Source of the DNA: a virus
Lineage: Duplodnaviria > Caudoviricetes
Strand: one strand, 5' to 3'
DNA length: 28,984 nt
IMG/VR virus record: IMGVR_UViG_3300036798_000096
Coordinates: 1-28,984 of that record
Positions 1 to 7,451 of this stretch are shown here, piece after piece (position 1 is the stretch's first letter; every line of letters starts with the position of its first letter). Below the pieces are notes generated by a model. That model did no database searches. It worked only from the letters and a program-made list of their open reading frames with translations, and was not told where the DNA came from. A program made the position numbers and the translations under genes.

Positions 1-1
1 G

Positions 2-250
2 ATAGTGATCACTGATAAAGAATGGGAAGCTATCCAGGCTGGAGCTATCAGTGACTCTAAGCTTAGTGAGATACTAACACATGCCAACATGGATGTAGTT
101 CGTGATCATGCTACACCTAAGGATCAAGTACTGATGACTAATGCTAAGACTAACAGAGCTAAGTCTATGCTTGCATCTGGTTACACTAGAGCTGAAGTAG
201 CAGCTGCACTTGGTGTCTCTCTTAGTACATTGGATAGATCAACAGTATGA
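2..250 (+). CDS. 3' end of a 5'-truncated protein ending in a helix-turn-helix; possibly the large terminal gene (putative single-chain RNA polymerase) of this phage group
   Basis: Frame is open from the window edge. It ends in GYTRAEVAAALGVSLSTLDR, a classic HTH. The EWEAIQAGAIS segment and the position before the genome end are recalled from the terminal large gene of related phages. No catalytic motif is inside the window. Confidence 0.6.
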   Translation: MVITDKEWEAIQAGAISDSKLSEILTHANMDVVRDHATPKDQVLMTNAKTNRAKSMLASGYTRAEVAAALGVSLSTLDRSTV

Positions 251-261
251 AAGGAGATTGA

Positions 262-507
262 ATGATTAAGTCAGCACTAACTACAATAGACAATCCTCAT
301 TCTCCTTTCGATGACTTCGCTGCATGGTATGCCTATGATGTATCAAGTGGATACCATACTTGTTCTTACCTTGCACGAATCGTTAAGCTTTCAGATCAAT
401 TAAGTGAAGCTGACGAAGACGTTGCGGTGGAGCTAGCTATAGATGAGATTATAAAGGAAAATGTTTCAGGAATTTATAGAAAAATTACAAAAGTGGTTGG
501 AAATTGA
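262..507 (+). CDS. conserved phage hypothetical protein (LTTxDNP...W...D...GY.T..YLARI type)
   Basis: SD AAGGAG at 251-256, 81-aa ORF, last gene before the putative genome end. Confidence 0.8.
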   Translation: MIKSALTTIDNPHSPFDDFAAWYAYDVSSGYHTCSYLARIVKLSDQLSEADEDVAVELAIDEIIKENVSGIYRKITKVVGN

Positions 508-556
508 ATAAAAATTGAATAAAAAATTTAATTTAAAAAAAAGTTTTTGAAAAAAT
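501..556. repeat. AT-rich tract with a tandem AAATTGAATAA direct repeat and A/T runs
   Basis: aaattgaataa aaattgaataa aaattttaatttaaaaaaaagtttttgaaaaaatt read directly. Confidence 0.6.
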
Positions 557-570
557 TCCGGAGACAACCA

Positions 571-651
571 CCCCCCGGGGGGAGGGTTCGCAAATTCTAC
601 CCCCCTCCTGCATCGCCCGGCTCCCAAAAAATTCCCCGGGGGATTTATTCC
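571..651. other. putative cos / genome-end region; candidate 9-nt cohesive end CGCCCGGCT at 614-622
   Basis: Non-coding G/C-rich island. CCCCCCGGGGGG palindrome at 571-582, GGAGGG/CCCTCC inverted repeat (581-586/603-608) and CCCCGGGG palindrome at 634-641. It sits between the terminal genes and the lysis/packaging genes, and HNH plus terminase are present. Confidence 0.6.
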
Positions 652-683
652 AGGGATGTTTTCGGATCGAGCGAGGAGGATAA

Positions 684-1004
684 ATGAGCAGTAAGGTCAT
701 TGTTCATAAAGATCGAACGAATATTCTCACAATTAGTCTAGGCATTGACGTTTCTGCTGATACTATCACTAGCGAAATTCGTTCTGAGCCTGACGTTGAA
801 GCTCCGCTCATTGCTACGTGGAATGTTTCATTCAAAACTGATGGCACAGATGGTGAATTGATATTGCGATTAGATGACAATGAAACTAGGCAGATAAAAG
901 CTAACAGCGGATACATGGATCTTAAGCGTATTACTGGATCAGAACCAGTTCCTGTATTCGATCAAGCGCTAGAAGTAAGTTTTAGAGGATCGGTGACTGT
1001 ATGA
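684..1004 (+). CDS. hypothetical beta-rich protein, resembles tail-fibre/baseplate attachment modules
   Basis: SD GAGGAGG at 673-679, alternating hydrophobic beta pattern, ATGA overlap with the next gene. Confidence 0.7.
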   Translation: MSSKVIVHKDRTNILTISLGIDVSADTITSEIRSEPDVEAPLIATWNVSFKTDGTDGELILRLDDNETRQIKANSGYMDLKRITGSEPVPVFDQALEVSFRGSVTV

Positions 1005-1246
1005 GTGGTGAAATCAATGTTGTAAATCGAACACAACATATTATTGTTGATCCAGCTTCATCAGCCATATCTGTTATAAATGCTGGACCAGCCGGACCTG
1101 GCGGTCCAATTGGCGAAGTTTCAACAGCAGCAATGAATCAAGCTATTGCGGGAGTCCATCAGGTTCCTCCGGGGGGGTTAAGCGGCCAAGTTTTAGTTAA
1201 ACTTTCTAATGCTGACTATGATGTTGGTTGGATAACATTACCATAG
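1001..1246 (+). CDS. small tail-fibre-like protein
   Basis: Short Gly-X-Y run GPAGPGGP and the fibre-type motif PPGGLSGQVLVKLSNADYDVGW. Confidence 0.65.
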   Translation: MSGEINVVNRTQHIIVDPASSAISVINAGPAGPGGPIGEVSTAAMNQAIAGVHQVPPGGLSGQVLVKLSNADYDVGWITLP

Positions 1247-1257
1247 AGAGGAATTAA

Positions 1258-1437
1258 ATGCCAGATATTCCTAAAGAAGTATTCGACCGTGATATAGAAT
1301 GGCCAAAAGCTCGTAAAGCGCCTAGGCTAGACCCAGATCATCCGGCTACAATTCCTGATACACCAGATGGTCCATTCAGAGATTGGATCAAAGAGAAGCG
1401 GGATGAAGAAGAAATCGGCTATGAGGGGGAACGCTAA
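1258..1437 (+). CDS. hypothetical 59-aa protein (MPDIPKEVFDRDIEWPKARKAPRLDPDHP...), absent from the ORF track
   Basis: SD-like GAGAGGA upstream, fills the gap exactly, its TAA overlaps the endolysin ATG (TAATG). Confidence 0.75.
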   Translation: MPDIPKEVFDRDIEWPKARKAPRLDPDHPATIPDTPDGPFRDWIKEKRDEEEIGYEGER

Positions 1438-2222
1438 TGTCTCTTACTCGAGTGCCAATGCCTTCTCCTTGTTATTCAAGTCGTGGAGGATCTGGCGTTA
1501 GATTGGTAGTTATCCACACTGCTGAAGGCGCAAGAACAATCGAATCACTTGGAAACTTTTTTGCTAATTCAGCAAACGAAGTTTCCAGCCATGCTGGTGC
1601 TGATGACAAAGCAAACACAGTTGGAATTTATGTGGAGCGTCCTAACAAGGCTTGGACTGCTGCAAATTACAATCCAGTTGCTGTTCAAATGGAGCTGTGT
1701 GCTTTTGCTGCTTGGTCAACAGCAGAGTGGGATCAACATCCAAACATGTTGGATAATTGCGCAAAATGGATTGCTGAAGAATGTGCAGCATTTGGTATTC
1801 CACTTAAGCGATTGACTGCGGGTGAAGCTCAAGGTAGTGGCAAAGGGATTTGCCAACACATTGATTTAGGATCAGGTGGTGGAGGACACGTAGATTGCGG
1901 AAATGGTTTCCCAATGGATCGGGTTATTCAAATGGCAGGAGGAGCAGACGTTGGGCCATCTCCTACGCCACCACCAGTTCAATCAGGGGGAGCCGCTCCT
2001 CCATTTCCAGGAACACTGCTTCGAAATTTCACCCAAGGACATGGCACCGCTCAGTGGCAACAACAAATGGTGGCACGAGGTTGGTCACTAGGCGTTGATG
2101 ACATGTATGGTGGAGAATCAGAAAACGTTTGTCGTCAATTCCAAGCAGAAAAGGGATTGGGTGTAGATGGAGTTGTCGGCCCAGAAACTTGGGCTGCTAC
2201 TTGGACCTCTCCGGTCACATAA
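1437..2222 (+). CDS. endolysin: Amidase_2-type N-acetylmuramoyl-L-alanine amidase with C-terminal peptidoglycan-binding domain
   Basis: VIHTAEG, SSH, ELC and H...HVDCG zinc-amidase motifs, Pro-rich linker, PG_binding_1-like VDDMYG...FQAEKGLGVDGVVGPETWAA. Confidence 0.92.
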   Translation: MSLTRVPMPSPCYSSRGGSGVRLVVIHTAEGARTIESLGNFFANSANEVSSHAGADDKANTVGIYVERPNKAWTAANYNPVAVQMELCAFAAWSTAEWDQHPNMLDNCAKWIAEECAAFGIPLKRLTAGEAQGSGKGICQHIDLGSGGGGHVDCGNGFPMDRVIQMAGGADVGPSPTPPPVQSGGAAPPFPGTLLRNFTQGHGTAQWQQQMVARGWSLGVDDMYGGESENVCRQFQAEKGLGVDGVVGPETWAATWTSPVT

Positions 2223-2225
2223 TTT

Positions 2226-2414
2226 ATGCCTTGGCGGATAAAACGTATATGGGTAGAACTTATTCTCGGCGTCATCGCCCTTACTATCGCCATCGTCGTT
2301 CTTGTTTTGAATCGAGATACTTCTACCGATCTTCTTGCAGCTCTTGGAATAGTTGGCGGAGTAGCTATCGTTATAAATGCTCTTCCAACAAATGGAAACG
2401 GCGAAGATCACTGA
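2226..2414 (+). CDS. putative holin (2 TM helices)
   Basis: 62 aa with two hydrophobic helices and a basic N-terminus, immediately after the endolysin. Confidence 0.7.
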   Translation: MPWRIKRIWVELILGVIALTIAIVVLVLNRDTSTDLLAALGIVGGVAIVINALPTNGNGEDH

Positions 2415-2512
2415 ATCCACAACGAAAAAGCATACTTCTCTTGTGGTTATTAATTGCTGCCAGTGCTGCTTTGTTTGCTTTTCTTCTTGGGATTCTTTTC
2501 AGCTTAGTATAA
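2411..2512 (+). CDS. putative 33-aa single-TM lysis-associated peptide with uncertain (CTG) start
   Basis: NPQRKSILLLWLLIAASAALFAFLLGILFSLV, CTGA overlap with the holin stop, fills the gap to the next SD. Confidence 0.45.
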   Translation: MNPQRKSILLLWLLIAASAALFAFLLGILFSLV

Positions 2513-2535
2513 TTTCAAAATGGAGAGGAGGTTGT

Positions 2536-2889
2536 ATGAGTGTTAGACGCCGGCAAGGTCGTCGGCCAGCTACAACTGATGAAAATCGTGAAAATCAACT
2601 TGTCTCTCTTGCAATTGATTTGGCTGAAAAGCAGCTTGCGGAAGGAACAGCTTCGGCTCAAGTAATTACTCATTACTTGAAACTTGGATCAACGAGAGAA
2701 AGACTAGAACAGGAACGTCTTTTTAGAGAAAACGAGCTTCTTGGCGCTAGAGTAGACACTTTGGCTTCAGCTAAGAAGGTCGAAGAACTATACGCTGCCG
2801 CATTGGATGCTATGAGATCCTATGCTGGCCGAGAAATGGATTCATATAGCGAGCAATATGATGATCCATACGGCGATTATGGAGATTAA
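2536..2889 (+). CDS. putative terminase small subunit / conserved packaging-region protein
   Basis: SD GGAGG at 2527-2531 gives start MSVRRRQG. Helical ENQLVSLAIDLAEKQLAEGTASAQVITHYLKLGS followed by a coiled coil, upstream of HNH and TerL. Confidence 0.6.
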   Translation: MSVRRRQGRRPATTDENRENQLVSLAIDLAEKQLAEGTASAQVITHYLKLGSTRERLEQERLFRENELLGARVDTLASAKKVEELYAAALDAMRSYAGREMDSYSEQYDDPYGDYGD

Positions 2890-3304
2890 ACGATATTCCG
2901 AGCTTTGCAGATTAGATACATTCGAAGAAAGATTTGAATATCTAAAATTGCATGGAGATGTAGGAAGATCTACATTCGGATTTGATCGTTATCTTAATCA
3001 AAAATTTTATACATCATATGAGTGGAAACAAGCTCGTCAAAGTGTTATTATTAGGGATAATGGCTGTGATTTGGGCATATTTGGATACGAAATACATGGT
3101 GGAATTCTTATTCATCATATTAACCCAGTAGTTGTGGATGATATTATTCATGGAGAAGAATGGTTATTTGATTCAGAATTTTTGATTACAACTACTCAAA
3201 GTACGCACAATGACATACATTTTGGTACCAATAAAGTCTATCCTAAGGTGGTTTTATCACGTATTCCTGGTGATACAAGGCTTTGGCAGCCAAAAAAGGA
3301 GTAA
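2879..3304 (+). CDS. HNH endonuclease (packaging-associated)
   Basis: RDNGCDLG...IHHINP...THNDIH, located in the packaging module. Confidence 0.85.
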   Translation: MEIKRYSELCRLDTFEERFEYLKLHGDVGRSTFGFDRYLNQKFYTSYEWKQARQSVIIRDNGCDLGIFGYEIHGGILIHHINPVVVDDIIHGEEWLFDSEFLITTTQSTHNDIHFGTNKVYPKVVLSRIPGDTRLWQPKKE

Positions 3305-3307
3305 AAC

Positions 3308-3706
3308 ATGGAAGAAAGCATACTAAAGAGTACCAAAAAGATTCTCGGTCTTGATGAAACGTATGTTGTCTTTGATTTGGATGTCATTACTCATATTAAT
3401 GCGGCTTTCTCCATTCTTAACCAATTGGGTGTCGGCCAAGTCGAAGGATTTTTTATTGAGGATGATACAGCCGTATGGAGTGATTTTATAGTTCCAGAAA
3501 ATCAACTTCGTTTGGTTAGAACATACGTATATCTGAAAGTTCGAAGCATATTCGATCCTCCTGCTACATCTTACCTCATCGAGGCAGTAAATAATCAGGT
3601 TAAGGAATACGAATGGAGACTCAACGTCTTTAGGGAATGGGAACTTGATCCTAATGATCCGGCTGTTACCCCTATTCCAACTCCAAATAGGAGGATGGCC
3701 TCATGA
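3308..3706 (+). CDS. head-to-tail adaptor (gp6/gp15-like)
   Basis: SILKSTKKILG...FDLDVITHINAAFSILNQLGVG...YVYLKVRSIFDPP...EYEWRL pattern and ~130-aa size. Confidence 0.7.
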   Translation: MEESILKSTKKILGLDETYVVFDLDVITHINAAFSILNQLGVGQVEGFFIEDDTAVWSDFIVPENQLRLVRTYVYLKVRSIFDPPATSYLIEAVNNQVKEYEWRLNVFREWELDPNDPAVTPIPTPNRRMAS

Positions 3707-4404
3707 ATCAAGATGTAAAAGAGTTTATTGAACATCTCAGTGTAAAACCTTGGGGCGATTATACCAAAGCAGATTATTCAATTGAGCAATGGCATAAAGC
3801 TTGTTTGATTCATCAACATACTGGGGCGCCTACTTCAAAATCGCAATGCAAATTGCCAGTTAAAACACCAAACGGTGCTCTTAATAAGAATGGAGTACAG
3901 GCTGCCGCTGCCGCATTAGCTGGAGCGAGAGGTGGTGTGCAAGCTTCTCCTGTTGAAAAAGCGTCAGCTGCTAAATCTTTAGTTACTTATTATCATCAAA
4001 TGGGTAGTGATCCTCCTCCATCATTGGTTAGACATTCCTCAGTTCAAGAATTTATTGATCATCATGGTGTTAAAGGGATGCATTGGGGAGTTCGTAGACA
4101 GGGTGGAAGTTCTCGGCCATCAACAAGAGGAACTTCTCGTACTGTTTATGGGAAACATCCAAAACATCTTACATCTGCAGAGCTTGATAAACGAATAAGA
4201 AGAATGGAATCAGAGAAAAAGTATAATGAGTTAAATAAGCGAGATGTTTCTAGAGGTAGCAGAATAGCTTCAGAAATTCTTACAAATACAGGACGTGCTG
4301 TTGCATCTACTGTTCTTGTTGGTGCAGCATTACTTGGAATAAGGGTGGCTTTAAGCAAAAAATTTGGTCCAGAAGCGGCTGGTATGATTACCAAACGTAA
4401 ATAA
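3703..4404 (+). CDS. virion-associated protein with HHGVKGMHWGVRR motif and an extra N-terminal domain
   Basis: HxGxKGMxWGxR motif typical of head-module proteins in this phage group, plus an N-terminal KPW..Y..EQW..ACL...KLPVK.PNG.LN.NGV.AAAA domain. Confidence 0.75.
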   Translation: MNQDVKEFIEHLSVKPWGDYTKADYSIEQWHKACLIHQHTGAPTSKSQCKLPVKTPNGALNKNGVQAAAAALAGARGGVQASPVEKASAAKSLVTYYHQMGSDPPPSLVRHSSVQEFIDHHGVKGMHWGVRRQGGSSRPSTRGTSRTVYGKHPKHLTSAELDKRIRRMESEKKYNELNKRDVSRGSRIASEILTNTGRAVASTVLVGAALLGIRVALSKKFGPEAAGMITKRK

Positions 4405-4421
4405 GTCATTGGAGGTGGGGG

Positions 4422-6167
4422 TTGACTTTATCTAACACTGCAACTCCTAAATACTATGCCGAATTTCGTGCTGCTGTTCTTCGTGGAGAAATTCCTGTAA
4501 ATAGAGAAGTTTCCATGGAGATGAATCGAATAGATGAGCTCATTACAAATCCTAATATTTATTATGATGACATGGCTGTTCATGGTTTTATAAAATATTG
4601 TGAATTTGAGCTTACATTAACTGATGGCAGTGATTTGTTTTTACTTGATACATTTAAAGTTTGGGCTGAACAAATTTTTGGTTGGTATTTCTTTGTTGAA
4701 CGAAGCGTATATCAACCAAATCCAGATGGACGCGGTGGGCATTACGTAACTAAGTCTATAAAGAAAAGACTTACCACTAAACAATACCTGATCGTTGCCA
4801 GAGGGTCAGCCAAATCGATGTACGCTGAATGTATTCAAGCCTACTTCCTCAATGTCGATACCTCCACGACTCATCAAATCACAACTGCCCCAACTATGAA
4901 GCAGGCCGAAGAGGTCATGACCCCTCTACGTACGGCCATCACAAGAGCAAGAGGACCTTTGTTCAAATTTCTAACTGAAGGATCTTTACAAAATACAACT
5001 GGGTCAAGAGCTCAAAGAGTCAAACTTGCTTCAACTAAAAAAGGAATAGAGAATTTCCTTACCGGTTCGCTGTTAGAAGTTCGTCCTATGACGATTAATA
5101 AACTACAAGGACTCCGTCCTAAAGTTTCAACTATTGATGAATGGTTGTCTGGAGACATCAGAGAAGATGTTGTTGGAGCAATTGAACAAGGTGCTTCAAA
5201 GATGGATGACTATTTAATTGTTGCTATTAGTTCTGAAGGAACAGTTAGAAATGGTTCCGGCGACACAATCAAAATGGAACTTTCTAGCATACTTAGAGGT
5301 GAGTATCAAGCACCGCACATTTCTATTTGGCATTACAAACTTGACGACATGGAAGAAATTACCGATCCGGCGACATGGCTAAAGGCGAATCCTAATTTAG
5401 GAAAAACTGTTACGTATGATGTGTATCATTTAGACGTTGAGAGAGCCGAGAAGGCCCCTGCATCTAGAAACGATATCCTAGCGAAGCGGTTTGGAATTCC
5501 TATGGAAGGTTATACATACTTCTTTACCTATGAAGAAACTTTAGTTCATAGACCTAGAGAGTTTTGGAGTATGCCTTGTGCTCTTGGCGCCGATCTTTCA
5601 CAAGGCGATGACTTCTGTGCCTTTACTTTATTGTTTCCATTTCAAAATTATTCGTTTGGTGTTAAGACAAGAAGCTACATCACAGAATTAACACTGATGA
5701 AACTTCCTGCAGCTATGCGAAGTAAGTATAGCGAATTTATTAACGAAGGAAGCCTGCAAGTTCTTAACGGAACTGTTCTTGACATGATGGAAGTTTATGA
5801 AGATCTTGATCAATTTCTTCGAGCGAATGAGTATGATGTTCGTTGTTTTGGCTTTGACCCATACAATGCAAAAGAATTTGTAGCTAGATGGGAAATAGAG
5901 AATGGATCATTCGGTCTTGAAAAAGTTATTCAAGGCGCAAGAACAGAATCTGTTCCTTTGGGTGAATTGAAAATTTTGTCTGAAGAAAGAAAATTAATTT
6001 TTGATCAAGAACTTATGTCATTTGCTATGGGTAATGCTGTTACTCTAGAAGACACGAATGGAAATCGTAAACTTTTGAAGAAACGTGCGGAAGAAAAGAT
6101 CGACAATGTCTCAGCCATGATGGATGCCTATGTAGCCTATAAGGCGAATAAGGAGGCGTTCGAATGA
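4422..6167 (+). CDS. terL: terminase large subunit
   Basis: TTG start after GGAGGTG. Walker A VARGSAKS, Walker B STIDEW, coupling motif AISS, RNase H-like GADLSQGDD and KIDNVSAMMDA. Confidence 0.95.
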   Translation: MTLSNTATPKYYAEFRAAVLRGEIPVNREVSMEMNRIDELITNPNIYYDDMAVHGFIKYCEFELTLTDGSDLFLLDTFKVWAEQIFGWYFFVERSVYQPNPDGRGGHYVTKSIKKRLTTKQYLIVARGSAKSMYAECIQAYFLNVDTSTTHQITTAPTMKQAEEVMTPLRTAITRARGPLFKFLTEGSLQNTTGSRAQRVKLASTKKGIENFLTGSLLEVRPMTINKLQGLRPKVSTIDEWLSGDIREDVVGAIEQGASKMDDYLIVAISSEGTVRNGSGDTIKMELSSILRGEYQAPHISIWHYKLDDMEEITDPATWLKANPNLGKTVTYDVYHLDVERAEKAPASRNDILAKRFGIPMEGYTYFFTYEETLVHRPREFWSMPCALGADLSQGDDFCAFTLLFPFQNYSFGVKTRSYITELTLMKLPAAMRSKYSEFINEGSLQVLNGTVLDMMEVYEDLDQFLRANEYDVRCFGFDPYNAKEFVARWEIENGSFGLEKVIQGARTESVPLGELKILSEERKLIFDQELMSFAMGNAVTLEDTNGNRKLLKKRAEEKIDNVSAMMDAYVAYKANKEAFE

Positions 6168-6200
6168 TAAAGACCCGAAAATTTTTAAGGGAGGTGAGCC

Positions 6201-7451
6201 ATGCCGATAATGGATAGACTTAGAAAAAGTTGGAACGCCTTCCGTAATTCTAATCAAGAAACTGATGATTACGGTCTTTATGTTGCTAGTCCATATTATG
6301 GTTCCGGATCTCCATCTAGACCTAGGCTTGCGATTTATAGTGAGCGATCAATTGTTTCTTCTATTTATACTAGAATTAGCATTGATGTAGCGGGTCTCGT
6401 TATAAAACATATCAAAATTGATAAAGATGGACGATACATGGGCGATGTTTCTAGTGCTTTAAATGAATGTCTTAAATGGCAACCAAATATTGATCAAACT
6501 CCTAGACCATTTAGGCAAGACATTGCCATGACACTTTTTGATAGAGGTGTTGCAGCAGTAGTTCCGGTTGATACTACTAGAAATCCACAAAATACTCAAA
6601 TTTTTGATGTTTATAGTCTAAGAGTTGGCGAAGTTGTTAGTTGGTATCCTAAACATGTTCGATTAAGTGTTTATAATGAAAACCAAGGTAGGCGTGAAGA
6701 AATTACTTTGGAAAAAAGATTTGTAGCTGTTATTGAAAATCCGTTGTATTCAGTTATGAATGAGCCAAATTCAACTCTTCAACGATTGATTAGAAAACTC
6801 TCGCTTCTTGATGCTGTAGATGAACAATCGGGTTCAGGTAAATTAGACATAATAATTCAGCTTCCTTACGTTATTAAATCTGAAGCTAGAAGACAGCAAG
6901 CAGAGAAACGACGAGAAGACATTGAATTTCAACTTAAGGGGAGCCAGTACGGCATTGCCTACACCGATGGCACCGAGAAGATCACTCAGCTTAATCGGCC
7001 AGCTGAGAATAACCTTCTTAAGCAAGTCGAGTATCTTCAAAACATGCTGTACAACCAACTTGGTCTTACCGAAGAGGTCATGAATGGTACAGCTAATGAA
7101 GAAACCATGCTAAATTATTTTAATCGTACCATTGAGCCAATAGTTGATGCTATCATAGAATCTATGCAAAGAGCGTTTCTTGGTCCTAGTGGTTCTAGAG
7201 GTGATGAGAGGATCCAATACTTTAGAGATCCATTTAAGTTGGTACCAGTTACTAATGTAGCTGAAATTGCTGATAAGTTTACTAGAAATGAAATTCTTTC
7301 AGCAAATGAAATTAGAGACTTTCTTGGAATCAAACCTTCGGATGATCCAAAAGCAGATAAACTTGTAAACAGCAATATGCCACAAACAACTCCTCCAGTT
7401 CCAGCTCCAGGACCTAGCTCTCTTGAAAGGATCAGTCAAAATGGAAGCTGA
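6201..7451 (+). CDS. portal protein
   Basis: SD GGAGGTG, follows TerL, 416 aa, HK97-type portal features (PN..QT...F, ILSANEIRDFLG). Confidence 0.9.
   Translation: MPIMDRLRKSWNAFRNSNQETDDYGLYVASPYYGSGSPSRPRLAIYSERSIVSSIYTRISIDVAGLVIKHIKIDKDGRYMGDVSSALNECLKWQPNIDQTPRPFRQDIAMTLFDRGVAAVVPVDTTRNPQNTQIFDVYSLRVGEVVSWYPKHVRLSVYNENQGRREEITLEKRFVAVIENPLYSVMNEPNSTLQRLIRKLSLLDAVDEQSGSGKLDIIIQLPYVIKSEARRQQAEKRREDIEFQLKGSQYGIAYTDGTEKITQLNRPAENNLLKQVEYLQNMLYNQLGLTEEVMNGTANEETMLNYFNRTIEPIVDAIIESMQRAFLGPSGSRGDERIQYFRDPFKLVPVTNVAEIADKFTRNEILSANEIRDFLGIKPSDDPKADKLVNSNMPQTTPPVPAPGPSSLERISQNGS

Noticed and set aside
2129-2535. ORF-track calls 2129..2512 and the 2377 start of the TerS candidate
   Set aside because: They overlap the endolysin and holin in other frames. 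Only the 3' hydrophobic part (2411-2512) and the SD-supported ATG 2536 are credible.
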